Made by a program: the position numbers and the translations under genes. Shown one piece after another: positions 29,501 to 44,770 of a DNA stretch of 64,000 bases. Under the pieces are notes generated by a model. That model saw only the letters and a list, made by a program, of their open reading frames with translations. It was not told where the DNA came from and made no database searches. Source of the DNA: Eledone cirrhosa (lineage: Eukaryota); contig OZ024745.1 of NCBI GenBank assembly GCA_964016885.1, positions 71,486,001 to 71,550,000 of the forward strand, given 5' to 3'. Within the stretch, counting starts at the first letter, position 1. Each line of letters starts with the position of its first letter.

Positions 29501-29946
29501 AGAAAACAGCACAGCTCCCATGACTTTCGCAGACATTTTTTCACGCTCAGAGTTGCTGAAGCATGGAACAAACTGCCTGCGTCAATTGTTAGCTTCCGAG
29601 ACACTGCATCCTTTAAGACACTCATGCTTCCCGAAATACGCCAAAACTACACCTGATGTGCCCCTTCCATACACATGCACACATGTGTGTATCATGACTC
29701 GTGCACTGTTCATTTTACTGACGTTTGTGCATTGCCCTATGTACTGTACATGCACTTTTTTGATGGGTTGTGGTGCACCTGGGCACTGTGCACAATATTT
29801 CATTATTGTTATTGTTATTATATCATGACTCATACACTGTTTATTTTCCTGACATTTGTACATTATTCTATGTACTATACATGCACCTTTGATGAGTTGT
29901 AGTGCACCTGAGCACTGTACACAATAATTTCATTATTATTATTATT
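26546..29946 (+). mobile_element. CR1-group LINE, 5'-truncated in ORF1, with duplicated 3' UTR segment and (ATT)n tail
   Basis: ORF1 tail, APE plus RT ORF2, a 3' UTR with a ~125-bp tandem duplication, and insertion into the PLE pLTR with no TSD. Confidence 0.92.
26825..29656 (+). pseudogene. CR1 ORF2 (APE + RT) with a single in-frame stop at 28427-28429
   Basis: Motifs NARS, TETW, GDFN, LDLIF, SDH, NYRPVSLTS, QFGF, YLDFAKAF, GVPQGSVLGP, YADD, VRPHLEFA, TRGH. The two ORF-track pieces are in the same frame. Confidence 0.93.
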
Positions 29947-30557
29947 ATGAGAAAATGCGAAAACGTAATAAATTCAATAGAGAATGTATGAGTAAGAAAA
30001 ACGCTGCTTTAATGTAACAGTTATAGAGATTTTAAAATGTGGGGTACTACAAATTATGATTATCGAGGAAGACGTCTCAGGAATTATTATTTTATTACAG
30101 TTTATGAAGGCAACTGATAGATAATTAAAGAGGGGGAGAAATAAAGGGGAGTAATTTATGCAGAAAAAAATGTTTCCCCTTAAGGACTAAGCGGTTAAGT
30201 TTCAAAATATTTAATTTATGTTATTTTAGGGTGAAGAATCAAAATTTTAAGTTTTTAAAAGTTGATAGTTATTTATATTTATTAATTTTATACATTTTAT
30301 AAAAAAATTTAAATGTGTTACATTTCTAAAATTCTGAATTTATGAAAAACGAAATTAAAGGATTTACTAGGCCCGCGAAAGAGAAATATACACTGTTGAA
30401 TATTCCCTTAAAAGTAATCTTTAACAAAAATTACCTATAAGAGTGTCATTTTCGGTATGTAAAATTTATGAAGTTCTTATTGTTAGAAATATCGAAAAAT
30501 GTATTGTCAAGTAGATACATTGTCTAAAGTATAATGATTAACGCAGAGTTTTCAGCC

Positions 30558-30698
<141 letters not shown>

Positions 30699-31559
30699 AT
30701 TTATCGTATTAAATTAATATTTATTATATTATATTAAATCACTATATTAGTTCTACCTTCATGGGAGAAATGAAAGCTAAATAATGGATATGTTATTGTG
30801 TAATATATCTATATTTGCACAAACTATATATAGCGTTAAACCGAAACAGTAATTATGATTATACATATAGATGTAAAAAACCAAATGCAGAGATATACGA
30901 AAGTAATAATATGATTTTGCTATTATACAATATACACATATTGGCAAAAAAAATAGGTATAGAGAGATATACTAAGTATTAATTTTGGTAAATGATAACG
31001 TTTATAATCTTATATAATAGATTCAAACATGGAAAGGTTAAATACATACATATATATATATATAAAAGAGTGTAGACACATGAATGATTCCCAGTTCAAA
31101 ATAAGGTCCGTAAAAATTTACAGGTTGGATATTTGAACTATATTTAAAACATATATAGAAAAATAAAGATAGGTATACTTAAAAACATGAAAAAGTTAAA
31201 TACATACATATATATAAATAAAGGAGTGTAAACGCATGAATCATTCACAGTTCAAAATAAGGTCCGTAGAGATTTACAGGTTGGATATTTGAACTATATT
31301 TAAAACATAGATAGAAAAATAAAGATAGGTAAATAAAGATAGGGAAATAATGGTATGGATCAAAGTTAATAATATTATGTTATGTATATCAACGTCTCGG
31401 AATGTTATTAAACAAGTGTCATTCATTCAAACGTTATTTCTTTTATAGATAGTTGTAAGATAAAGTAATATAAAAGGCCATTAAGTTTTTCAACTGTTGA
31501 TTATGTACGTCTAAAAAACAAGTTTAGTTACTTAGTGTTTTTTCCTGGTCTTATGGGAG

Positions 31560-32640
31560 GCTTGAAATGTAGACAAGGCTTTATGAAGGCAATTAGAGAA
31601 TAATTCACTTTTTTGTTAATTAAAGTCTCATAATTATTAATAATCAACAGGGTCTCCATTGTACAAAGCGCGCAGTTACTTGATATACTTGAGTTGCGGT
31701 AAATTCCACTATTCCGGAGTTTCGTCCAAAAAATGGAGTATTTTAAATTCTTCTCTTTTAATTACCATATAAGCTGTGATAAAGAAGTGGATGATTTCCT
31801 CTTGGAGTTCGAAAATGAGCATTTATGGTTCGCAAATCTGGCTTTAAATGTAGAAGAAGTCGATCCTATGTAGTTGTATGTGTTGTAATCAGTTTTTACG
31901 GTGCATTTATACACCAAATTATTTTGCAGAGGGCAATCAATTATATTTCTACAATTACATTTTGGTTTATTATCATTTATGTTAACGCTATTATTAAGAT
32001 CATTATGATGATTCTGCTTTAGAATTTTAGTGTTTAATTTAGCAATGTTTTGAACCATATTCATAGTTGTAGAATAAGACAATTTAATGGTGTGTCTATT
32101 AAAAATGGAATGGTATTTATGTTGAGTAGGGAAAGAGGTGTCCAAAGCATTAAAGAATAATTTTGCAATTGGTGTTCTAACTGCTACCGAAGCAGGGGGG
32201 AGGGGGGCAAACCATATGACTGATTTAGCTCTAGTTCTTTTCCTCAGTTTGTTTGGCGTATGGGTGTTTAAGTTATAATTATTAGAGTTTCGTTTATATA
32301 TGCCATTATTTTTATCAGGATTAAAACTTGGATTATTATTGTCTACATATTCTATATTTTTCTCATATCCTGCTCTTTTTAACGCATTATTGTAGTATGC
32401 TGCATTATCATCAAATATAGCTTTATTAGCTGATATTCTATTAATGCGTTTTTGCACACTATTTACTATAGCTTTTTTTTACAGATTTTAGGTGATTGGA
32501 ATGGTTACTAACATAGTTTAAGTTTTCATTGGGCTTATGAAAAGGGTAATAAAAGCCAGAGTTTAAGTTAAGCGTAAAGTCTAGGAAATTAACTATTTTG
32601 GTACCATTTTCTACTTCTAACTTTAGGTCATACATTTTAA
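31560..32640 (-). pseudogene. PLE RT C-terminus, linker and GIY-YIG endonuclease (degenerate)
   Basis: YYNNALKRAGY, IWFAP, IFNRHTIKLSYS, CNC..DCPL, LVYKC...YIGSTSSTFKARFANHKCSF. Confidence 0.88.
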
Positions 32641-33111
32641 AGAATTCTATAAAATTTATAAAATCTATAAAATTAATAAATATAAATAACCATCAACTTT
32701 TAAAAACTTAAAATGTTGATTCTTCACCCTAAAATAACATAAATTAAATATTTTGAAACTTAACCGCTTAGTCCTTAAGGAGAAAAACATTTTTCTGCAT
32801 AAATTACTCCCCTTTATCTCTCCTTCTCTTTAATCATCTATCAGTTGCCTTCATAAACTGTAATAAAATAATACTTCCTGAGACGTCTTCCTCGATAATC
32901 ATAATTTGTAGTATCCCACATTTTAAAATCTCTATAACTGTTACATTAAAGCAGCGTTTTTCTTACTCATACCTTCTCTATTGAATTTATTACGTTTTCG
33001 CACTTTCTCATTATTAGGGTATAAATGTTGAGTTTTGTCATAGGTTAATCACTACCTTGATTAAATCTTAACCATTTAACATCTCAGGGTAGGTATGTCA
33101 TGTATCATTAT

Positions 33112-33164
33112 ATTTTGTCTGATGAGGACCTACTGTTGTACCTCTGAAATATGTATAATAAAAT
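33112..33164 (+). ncRNA. Type I hammerhead in the inverted pLTR of PLE 1
   Basis: ATTTTGT CTGATGA GGACCTACTGTTGTACCTCT GAAA TATGTA TA ATAAAAT. Confidence 0.7.
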
Positions 33165-33386
33165 TTAATTGATCAAAAGAACATCTATTTTATTAATATT
33201 TATATTTTAATATATATATATATATATATGGATTAAACCAGTATTAAACGGAATAAACTATTATTCAACAGCGTACTCAATACTTGGGAGAGTAGAGTGT
33301 GACTATATTAGAAAGAATCTGGAATTAGCTGTCGAAACGACAAAAGCTAAGCCACCGGGCCTCTACTCATTATATATGTGTGTGTG

Positions 33387-33437
<51 letters not shown>

Positions 33438-33442
33438 GTGTG

Positions 33443-33491
<49 letters not shown>

Positions 33492-33778
33492 GTGTATATG
33501 TGTATATGTATGTATATATAAACGGAAAAAATGAAACGATATTTCATTTCCCACTCTTAGTACGGCTGTTACTTAAATATAAGTATGTACACGTACATAC
33601 ATATATGTATACCGACGTACAGTAGTATGTATATATATATATACATACATGCACACATATATATATGCACGTATGGATTCACCGAACATTTATTATAATG
33701 CTGGGTGTGTTTGTAAACAAACATCCCGTATTAAGCCGTAGTGTCTAGCAACCACCGTTGCTCGTTTGTTCAACACTG

Positions 33779-33863
<85 letters not shown>

Positions 33864-34332
33864 GGAGGGGGAGTAATATTGTAGAACAATAAAACAATGC
33901 ATATATCAGATAAGTAGCACTCGACAGTTGGTAGAACTGGAGTATATATAAAGAAGAATATGATGTTGTTTTCGAAATGCTCATAATAAAATATATGGAA
34001 CTTTTTTAACCATCTTTTAATTTCTTCTTTATATATATACATATATATATATATATATTATATATATAATATATATATATATAATGTATATAATATATAT
34101 ATATATAATATATATATATATAATATATATAATATATATAATATATATAATATATATATATATAATATATATAATATATATAATATATATAATATATATA
34201 TATATAATATATATATATATAATATATAATATATATAATATATATATAATATATATATATATAATATATATAATATATATATAATATATATATTATATAT
34301 ATAATATATATATATTATATATATATAATATA

Positions 34333-34399
<67 letters not shown>

Positions 34400-34402
<3 letters not shown>

Positions 34403-34862
34403 TAAAAGTGAAAACACAGGTAACCATTAAGAGAAGGATTTTATCCAGGTATTTACGACCGTTTCATTGGTAAGTGCAACCTTATATTGCTATACTGCAA
34501 ATAGCAGCCACTCAATTATAATTGTTGTTCACTGTCCAAATTTTCAAAATAGTGAGTTACTCTTGAAATAATTCTTAATATATAGAGAAAAATATTTATC
34601 TGGAATTGTATTTACTAGTATAGAGAGAGAGGAATCAGAAGGTGAGGGGACAAACGGAATAGTATAGAGAGGGAGGAAGGGGGAAGAGGTAGGAAGTAGA
34701 GTGACAAACTGAGATGGAGGGAGGGGTAGAGGTGGAAGGATTCCTTGATCAGTTTTGATAGCAGACTTCATGTCGTGGAATGTAGTGAGTTAAAGAGAAT
34801 TAAATTGATCATAGTGGGAGGGATGGATAGAGAGAGAGAGAGAGAGGGGGGAGATTAAAGAG

Positions 34863-34918
<56 letters not shown>

Positions 34919-36814
34919 AATATAAAGATAATAATGACAAAAATAAAAGCAAAGAAGGGGTGAGAAAGAAGAAAAGAAAAGATAGCCAAGAAGGGGAAGG
35001 AAGGAAGGAAGAAAACGAAGAAATAGAAGAGGAATGAGGGAGAAGAGGGGGGATATATGTATTGGTTTTGTGGGTAATTAAAAGGGTTTAGATAAAACAA
35101 GAGGGTATAAAGTCTAAGTATATGCAGTTTGTCAGTTGGTAGTAAGAGGTTAAGGGTTCGATTTGTAGTGCGAAAACTTCTCTTTGAGTCTATGGTTACA
35201 ATAAATTGATCTTTCGATTTTATTGTTGAGTAACCTATTCTTCGAACTCAAGATGTGGAACAGCTCAAGGTCGCATAATCGACAGCTTCTCATACCACTC
35301 CGATATGGGGGCGCGTTCGATAATTTTTTCCACTTCAGGGTGTATTGATGGTTACTTTCCCTCAGTTGCCAGGTCTTGTTTGCAAGGGTAGTTACATAAC
35401 GATGCTGGGAATGTTTCATTGCGTAACGGTGTGTATACCAACGGGCTTTAAATGTATTCCCAGTCGTTCCGATGTAATACCATTTCTGGTTGTCTGATTC
35501 TACTGTGCATTGGTAAACCAGGTTAGACTGCATACATTCATTATGTAATGGACAGGTTTCAGGTAGGTGGCAGTTACAGTTCTTGTCATGGGCAATTTTG
35601 GTATTATTTGTGGGCTGCGATGTCTGTACAAGTGTGTTACGTTTTGTTTGCCTATTAGCGGGTGGTTGTGTATTAGATATTCTGTTGTGTTCGGTGGTGA
35701 TTGTATTGTTATTGTTGTAAATTTGTGTTTTGGTGTTGTTATGTATCTTTTTAGCGTTAAGTATCTTAATGTGTGCCTCTATATTTGGTGCCGTGGAGTA
35801 AGATAATCTAATAGATTTAGTGTTAAGGATTTTGCTGTATCTATGTGAATCTGGAAAGTGCTTATTTATTATTCTAAAGAAGGTAGAGGGTAGGTTAGTA
35901 CTAATAGAGGTGTTAAATATGGGGTTATACCAAATATATTTTCTACTGCGTGACTTGTTTGATTTCGATGTTGTATTTCTATTTGCCGTATACTTTGCAG
36001 TTCTATGCGTAAGTGCGTGTGTGCGTGTGTTACCGGAGTTTGTGTTATGCGTGTTCGTGTGCGCTTATTTTTGTCATTATTATCTTTATCTTTATTTTAT
36101 ATATATATATATATATTTATCTCTTTATATCTCCCCCCTCTCTCTCTCTCCCTCTCTATCCATCCATCCCACTATGGTCAATTTAATTCTCTTTAACTCA
36201 CTACATTCCACGACATAAAGTCTGCTATCAAAACTGACCAAGGAATCCTTCCACCTCTACCACTCCCTCCATCTCAATTTGTCACTCTACTTCCTACCTC
36301 TTCCCCCTTCCTCTCTCTCTATACTATTCCGTTTGTCTCTTCACCTTCTGATTCCTCTCTCTCTATACTAGTAAATAAATTCCAAATAAATGTTTTTCTC
36401 TATATATTAAGAATTATTTCAAGAGTAACTTACTATTTTGAAAATTTGGACTGTGAACAACAATTATAATTGAGTGGCTGCTATTTGCAGTATAGCAATA
36501 TAAGGTTGCCCTTACCAATGAAATGGTCGTAAATACCTGGATAAAATCCTTCTCTTAATGCTTACCTGTGTTTTCTCTTTTATACTTTATACTCCAAGAT
36601 TGAACGGAATTCTTACAAACTTGTGGAGTTACCCCTAAACGTACGTTGAAACCATCCATGAAACTGGCTTTCTTAACCAAGAACTGGATCACAATAAGCA
36701 ATTTTTTGCTTCTCTAACGTCTTACATTAACTATTTTTCCCATTTTGACGCTATAGTCACTTATATATTATGGAATACTGTTGGCTTTTCGCTACAATGT
36801 TTTCTATACCTTTC

Positions 36815-36820
<6 letters not shown>
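34400..36820 (-). mobile_element. Penelope-like element 2: 5'-truncated, with ~540-bp inverted pseudo-LTR
   Basis: 34400-34948 is the reverse complement of ~36064-36585, with a GIY-YIG ORF between them and (TA)n flanks. Confidence 0.88.
35150..35960 (-). pseudogene. PLE linker and GIY-YIG endonuclease fragment
   Basis: YIWYNP, CNC..TCPL, LVYQC...YYIGTTGNTFKARWYTH, CRLCDLE. Confidence 0.88.
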
Positions 36821-36880
<60 letters not shown>

Positions 36881-36901
36881 CTATATATATATATATATAT
36901 A

Positions 36902-36968
<67 letters not shown>

Positions 36969-37066
36969 GAAAGGTATAGAAAACATTGTAGCGAAAAGCC
37001 AACAGTATTCCATAATATATAAGTGACTATAGCGTCAAAATGGGAAAAATAGTTAATGTAAGACGT
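36717..37066. repeat. Perfect ~105-bp inverted arms around a (TA)n core
   Basis: ACGTCTTACATTAAC...CATTTATTT (TA)n AAATAAATG...GTTAATGTAAGACGT. Confidence 0.95.
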
Positions 37067-37318
37067 GGGAAAAATAATTCAAACTCATCTCAAAGAGAAT
37101 CAGGATATAGATTCATCCACAGAATTTAGTGAAATCCAGGGAAAAATCAATAGAGCCTTAACTCATGATAAAATAAAGTTTAAAATACTCATCCTTCAAT
37201 TTGGAAAAACTTCAAATGCTCTGTATAGTCTTAAAGACTATTTCACGAAAACTTTCAGTGGAGATGGTCACGGTTGGAATTCGATCCTCAGCAGAGCTCA
37301 ACTCGATAACCAAGATAA

Positions 37319-37372
<54 letters not shown>

Positions 37373-37399
37373 TAAATAATATATATATATAATATAATA

Positions 37400-38133
37400 C
37401 TAGCAGAATGGCTCGGCGCTGCTCGGGATTCTAAACATAGATTGGCAGGTTTATCCCTCCTTTCTGAAACAGTACAGAGAAGTACGGAATACTTCAGCCT
37501 GGGGATGGTGTCTACATTTTGTGCTTATAAAAAAAATTCGTCGTAGATTAACTTAATTGGGTGCCTGAGAGTAAAATGTTCAACCCACGAAAGCCAAGAC
37601 GATAGGGTTAAGTAAAAAAGCATTCGACAAACCGAACATGTATTTGTTGTGCTATGGTACAATGAAAGTTACAGAGCAGTAAGTGCAGTGGTGGAGAGCA
37701 TGAAGGAATTTAGTTGGATACTTTTAAGGTTACAAAAATCTACCTAATCTGATATAGTCCGAGCTGTTACATCGGATGCCGAATGCTTCGGAATTACTAT
37801 TGGGATCACCATCAACAATTTCAAGGGATGTATGTTTAAGTAGGGATAATATAGTCTATAAAGAGAGGTAACTCTTTCAAAATACTAAAGAGTTGTCTCT
37901 CTTGAACATTGTAGACAAAATTACCGACAAAAAGAGCTTAAGGTTTTAGTGAAAAAAACGCCTTTAACAACAGAAAATTGAAGAATAAAAGCGGCAGTTA
38001 ATATTTTCAGAGCGCAAGGAATATATAAATGCAAGTTTGAAGTCAATCGGAGTAGAAATCTGGATTTGTATAGACTTTGCAAAAATTAGGACACATACAC
38101 ACAGACAATTTCAGTTTTATATATATGTATAGA
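37400..38133 (-). mobile_element. Non-autonomous Helitron-like element
   Basis: Minus strand A|TCTATACATAT ... GC-rich imperfect hairpin ... CTAG|T. Its 5' end recurs at 42170-42240 on the plus strand. Confidence 0.6.
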
Positions 38134-38303
38134 TATATATATAATATATATATATATATATAGATATATATATATAATATATATGTATAGATATATATAT
38201 AATATATATATATGTGTATATAATATATATATATGTATATATATATAATATATATATATGTATAAATATATATATATATATATATATGTATATGAAATAT
38301 ATA

Positions 38304-38336
<33 letters not shown>

Positions 38337-38763
38337 CATATATATATATGTATATATATATATAATATATATATGTATATATATATAATATATATATGTA
38401 TATATATATAATATATATATGTATATATATATATAATATATATATGTATATATATATATATAATATATATGTATATATATATATATAATATATATGTATA
38501 TATATATATATAATATATATATGTATATATATATATATAATATATATGTATATATATATATAATATATATGTATATATGTATATATATATAATATATATG
38601 TATATATGTATATATAAATATATATATATAATATATATGTATATATGTATATATAAATATATATATAATATATATATGAATATATATATATATATATGAA
38701 TATATATATATATATATATATATATGAATATATATATATATATATATATACATATATATATAA

Positions 38764-38795
<32 letters not shown>

Positions 38796-38813
38796 ATATA
38801 TATATATATATAA

Positions 38814-38861
<48 letters not shown>

Positions 38862-38876
38862 TATATATATAAATAC

Positions 38877-38907
<31 letters not shown>

Positions 38908-38947
38908 CATTTGCATTGTCGAGGCTTCCAAACGACTTAAAGATATA

Positions 38948-39026
<79 letters not shown>

Positions 39027-39403
39027 ATATGTAAATATCTTTAAGTCGTTTGGAAGCCTCGACAATGCAAATGGGTAAATCTCCGGGTAACAAGATCCGG
39101 TGGTGGAGAGAGAGATGTAAGTGGGTGTACGTTGAGATACGTGGTGTGTATAAGATGTGTAAGATGTATAGAAGAATGAAGGGAAGAGTATAAAGGATAA
39201 AATAAAAATAACAACACAAGAGAGAGTTACCTTGGGAGAGATTTAATAGTCCCTAAATATTTCGGATTCACATCCATCAACTGGGGTTTTTTTCCGGGGT
39301 GGGGGAAAATGTTGTCTGTCGGACAGGTGCGAAACGCGTCCTCCGCTGTTTGTTGTTATATATATATATGTATATATATATGTGTGTGTGTGTGTATAAC
39401 ACC

Positions 39404-39748
39404 TGCAACCCTGATGGTATCCAATGATGTTGACTTGTTCTTCTTTTTGGTAAATATTATCTTGGTTAAGAGAGTGGGACTGGCTTTGTGCAGTGCCTTT
39501 GCTCACTATAAAAGCTTCACGGCACAGGCATTGCTTTATATCTGGAGATCTCTCTGCACTTGTCGTCACATGGTACCATGGACCCAGCACTATGTGTCAA
39601 TAATTGTCACAAGTTTAGTGTTTGCACCAGAGTTTTCAAGTCGCTGGCTGGACTAAAAAGTCACACTCGTTCAGCGCATCGGTAGGAGTTCTCCTACATG
39701 GATATAAAGTAGTGGCCGTACTCGAAAACGAGTTGGCAGCCACCATAT
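39404..39748 (+). mobile_element. ~340-bp RTE-like 3' fragment (copy 1)
   Basis: Encodes the [16 protein letters not shown]2H2-like tail and is near-identical to 44436-44770. Confidence 0.65.
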
Positions 39749-39783
39749 GTATATATATATATATATATACATATATATATGTG

Positions 39784-39893
<110 letters not shown>

Positions 39894-39963
39894 CATATAC
39901 ATATATATATATATATACATATATATATACATGTACATATATATATACATGTATGTATGTATG

Positions 39964-40019
<56 letters not shown>

Positions 40020-40061
40020 CATATATATATACATGTACATATATATATACATGTATGTATG

Positions 40062-40110
<49 letters not shown>

Positions 40111-40569
40111 AAATGAAAATCCGAAGGCAAGGTAAAATTCCAATCATTTCTTCAAATTGTCTTCAAATTCTTGATATGAGGGAGAAAAATAACGATGTTC
40201 TTTCACATAATTCCTTCCCTCATTCTTTGAGAGAACATCGTTATTTTTCTCCCTCATATCAAGAATTTGAAGGCAATTCATTTTCACCTGGTGAGATCAG
40301 TGATAATCGATCATGACTTCACAATCGATCTATCTCTTATTGAAACATGTGTCGTGATTAAATAATTGGAATTTTACCTTGCCTTCGGATTTCCATTTCG
40401 ATACTTATACTCCGTTTTACATCATCTAGCTGTTCCCTTGAATGGAATTGGAGATATACAAAAGCGTGGAGAACTTAATATTGCTAACATAAATCTATTG
40501 GACCATTTTACACAACCAATAATGCACCTTACTATATAACATCTATATATATATATATATATATATATA

Positions 40570-41811
40570 TGGCCTGAATTCCTTTCAGAGTTCATTGTCA
40601 CGCGCATGTATTGTTTTTTGGGGGGGCGGTAATTCACGCATGTATTGTTTTTTTTTGGCGGTAATTCACTTCCTCATTTTTTTAATCAGTTCGAGCACTT
40701 CTTTTAGAACTGCTAGACTGGCAACCTGACAGATACCTCAGGCACAGAAAGTGATTATCGCTAAATGCTGATGTTGGTTAGATTATCAATATTAGTATTA
40801 TTGGGGCACCCACTGATGAATTATAGGAGCCCACTTGAATATATATCTATTGATGGTATACAAGCTCCTACATAAATTGGTAAAATTTCACCCAAATTGT
40901 AGGAATCCTATAATGAAACGAGACGTCCGTCTGGGAAGAGATATATTAAATATGTCTCATTTGAAATAATACAGCCAATTTTCCACGCAATACTTTTAGT
41001 TAGCACCCCGAACACATAATTGGGAATATAATCACTTATTTCCTAATGTTTGTTGAGTGAGTTGGAATTTGGCCGGAGTATCGCTAAAAAGCTTTCTCCG
41101 ATATTGTATTTATTTACTTACTCTTGGCGCAGCAGATTTGAAAAAAATTCCCGGTATAAGGTTAGCATTTCTTTGTTTATTTTTTATATATGAATATTGA
41201 TTGTTCCTTATATCTCATTCTGTTATTTTGCCCGAGAAAATATCTGTGTGTCATCAAATGTTGTACACACATAGATATTTTTTCAATTTCCAATTGAGTT
41301 CTTAGCACGTGGCCTGAATTCCTTTCAGAGTTCATTGCCGCGCGCAGGTATTGTTTTTTTTTTGGCGGCAATTCACTTCCTCATCTTTGAATCAGTTCGA
41401 GCACATCTTTTAGAACTGCTGGACTGGCAACCTGACAGATACCTCAGGCACAGAAAGTGATTATCGCTAAATGCTGATGTTGGTTAGATTATCAATATTA
41501 GTATTATTGGGGCACCCACTGATGAATTATAGGAGCCCACTTGAATATATATCTATTGATGGTATACAAGCTCCTACATAAATTGGTAAAATTTCACCCA
41601 AATTGTAGGAATCCTATAATGAAACGAGACGTCCATTCTGGGAAGAGATATATTAAATATGTCTCATTTGAAATAATACAGCCAATTTTCCACGCAATAC
41701 TTTTAGTTAGCACCCCGAACACATAATTGGGAATATAATCACTTATTTCCTAATGTTTGTTAAGTGAGTTGGAATTTGGCCGGAGTATCGCTAAAAAGCT
41801 TTCGCCGATAT

Positions 41812-41815
<4 letters not shown>
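40570..41815. repeat. Tandem duplication (~710-740-bp period, ~1.7 copies)
   Basis: 40570-41108 is repeated at 41310-41815. Confidence 0.9.
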
Positions 41816-41878
<63 letters not shown>

Positions 41879-41888
41879 GTATATATAT

Positions 41889-41919
<31 letters not shown>

Positions 41920-42045
41920 GTATATATATTATATATATATATATACATATATATATATGTATATATATTATATATATATATATACATATATATATATGTA
42001 TATATATTATATATATATATATACATATATACATATATATATATG

Positions 42046-42083
<38 letters not shown>

Positions 42084-42096
42084 CATATATATATTA

Positions 42097-42133
<37 letters not shown>

Positions 42134-42239
42134 TATATATATATATATCTATTATATATATATATATATCTATACATATATATATTATATAAAACTGAAA
42201 TTGTCTGTGTGTATATGTCCTAATTTTTGCAAAGTCTAC

Positions 42240-42355
<116 letters not shown>

Positions 42356-42494
42356 ATATATATACGTAGACTTTGCAAAAATTAGGACATATACATTTAG
42401 AATCGATTGACTTTCGTCAAATCGGACCGAGGGAACAATGTTTCCGTTGGTCTTTCCAATTGCTAATACTATCTATCGGTCGCAACTCCAGGTA

Positions 42495-42617
42495 GAAGGA
42501 GCAACGTGAAATAAAGTGTCTTGCTCAAGGACATAACGCATCGCCTGGTCCAGGAATCGAACTCACAACCTTACGATTGCCAATCCGATTCTCTAACCAC
42601 TCAGCCACACGCCTTCA
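42495..42617 (-). mobile_element. tRNA-derived SINE 5' part (second family; also at 46301-46545 +, 53740-54030 +, 55150-55305 -, 24735-24800 +)
   Basis: A-box TGGCTGAGTGG and B-box GAGTTCGATTCC, followed by TTGAGCAAGACACTTTATTTCAC. Confidence 0.8.
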
Positions 42618-42636
42618 CTATACATATATATATATG

Positions 42637-42672
<36 letters not shown>

Positions 42673-42677
42673 TAAAC

Positions 42678-42718
<41 letters not shown>

Positions 42719-42721
42719 AAC

Positions 42722-42752
<31 letters not shown>

Positions 42753-42782
42753 CATATATATGTATATCATCATCATCATCAT

Positions 42783-42819
<37 letters not shown>

Positions 42820-42961
42820 GTATATATAATGTATATATATATATGTATATATATATACATATATATGTATATATATATATATACATATATATATATACAT
42901 ATGTATATATAATGTATATATATATATGTATATATATGTATATATATATAATGTATATATA

Positions 42962-43052
<91 letters not shown>

Positions 43053-43135
43053 GTATATATATATATGTATATGGTAATAATAATAATAATAGTAATAATA
43101 ATAATAATAGTAATAATAATAATAATAATAATAAT

Positions 43136-44042
43136 CTGTACTGAAGGAGAGGACAATAGACCAGGGGATGTCCAAGGAGGAAATAACAACAAGGAGAAAG
43201 AGCAACCTTCATGAAAAATCCCTTCATAGTACCTTCTTTGATAAAACTGAATTCAGAGATCCACAGACATGGAACTGGTTGAAAAGAGGAGACCTTAAAA
43301 AGGCTACAGAAGGAATGTTAATGGCTGCGTAAGAGCAGGCCCTCAAAACGAAGTGGTTGAAACACCATATTTACAAGGAGGAGGCTAGCCCACTGTGCAG
43401 GATCTGTGGAGAGAGAGAGGAGACTGTGGCTCACATTGTATCCGAGTGTAAACACCTAGCCCAGACTCACTATAAGGGCTGGAGAGATGATGTGATGGGC
43501 AGGGTGATCCACTGGCACCTATGCAAATTAAACAATTTACTACATTCTGTGAAGTGGTATGAGCATAAGCCAGAGTCGGTGATGGAAAACGATCAGGTGA
43601 AGGTGCTATGGGATTTTAAGATACAGACAGACAAGAAACTGGAACACAATAGACCTGACCTGGTGGTTTTGGACAAAGAAAAAAGATTGTGCCTGATTGT
43701 GGATGTGGCCTGCCCATTCGACACGAGAGTGCAAGAGAGGGAGAGGGAGAAAATTATCCGATACCAGGACTTAAATTGGGAGGTAAAAAGGATTTGGAAC
43801 TGCCATGAAGTCAAAGTGGTCCCGGTTGTCATAGGCGCACTAGGTACTATCTCAAAAGGTTTCCAGGGATGGTTAAAGAAAATTGGTCCCGCCACGCTTT
43901 TTGGAACGCTTCAAAAGCATGCTTGGTGGGAACAGCAAGAACCCTCCGATACGTCCTGAATATCTGAGGCTGCAGGTAGTGGCTTGATATTCATTTCAAC
44001 AAACTTTCCAGTTAACTAACATCAATGACTGAGACTCAAAGA
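43136..44042 (+). mobile_element. 5'-truncated R4/Dong-clade non-LTR element (CCHC knuckle + restriction-like endonuclease) in (TAA)n
   Basis: CRICGEREETVAHIVSEC, WDFKIQTD...NRPDLVV, VDVACPFD, EKIIRYQDL, PVVIGALG, with (TAA)n on both sides. Confidence 0.88.
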
Positions 44043-44288
44043 ACAATAACAATAATAATAGTAATAATAATAAATTTGAAGACTAAAATCCAAAGAGGGC
44101 TCCATAAGGATAAATATATATCAAATATATAAGAACCGTAGAGCAAATATTTATTAAAATAACAGATTAAAGTTTAAGCAAAGAATCGCTGCTTTCACTC
44201 TTAACGGGATCTTCTGAAGATCTTTGCTTAAATTTAATCTCTTATTTTTTGCTTAAACTTTAATTTCTTATTTTAATAAATATATATG

Positions 44289-44364
<76 letters not shown>

Positions 44365-44435
44365 CATATACATATATATATATATGTTTATATATATATA
44401 TATATGTATGTATATATATATGTATATATATGTAT

Positions 44436-44770
44436 GCAACCCTGATGGTATCCAATGATGTTGACTTGTTCTTCTTTTTGGTAAATATCATCTTGGTTAA
44501 GAGAGTGGGACTGGCTTTGTGCAGTGCCTTTGCTCACTATAAAAGCTTCACGGCACAGGCATTTATATCTGGAGATCTCTCTGCACTTGTCACATGGTAC
44601 CATGGGCCCAGCACTATGTGTCAATAATTGTCACAAGTGTAGTGTTTGTACCAGAGTTTTCAAGTCGCTGGCTGGACTAAAAAGTCACACTCATTCAGCG
44701 CATCGGTAGGGGTTCTCCTACATGGATATAAAGTAGTGGCCGTACTCGAAAACGAGTTGGCAGCCACCAT
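44436..44770 (+). mobile_element. ~335-bp RTE-like 3' fragment (copy 2)
   Basis: Same boundaries as 39404-39748 (GCAACCCTGATGG...GGCAGCCACCAT). Confidence 0.65.

Noticed and set aside
44172-44232. Minus-strand CAGAAGA-U...U-GAAA hammerhead-like motif inside a 12-bp inverted repeat
   Set aside because: Core U4 and the cleavage triplet are not intact; at best a decayed copy.
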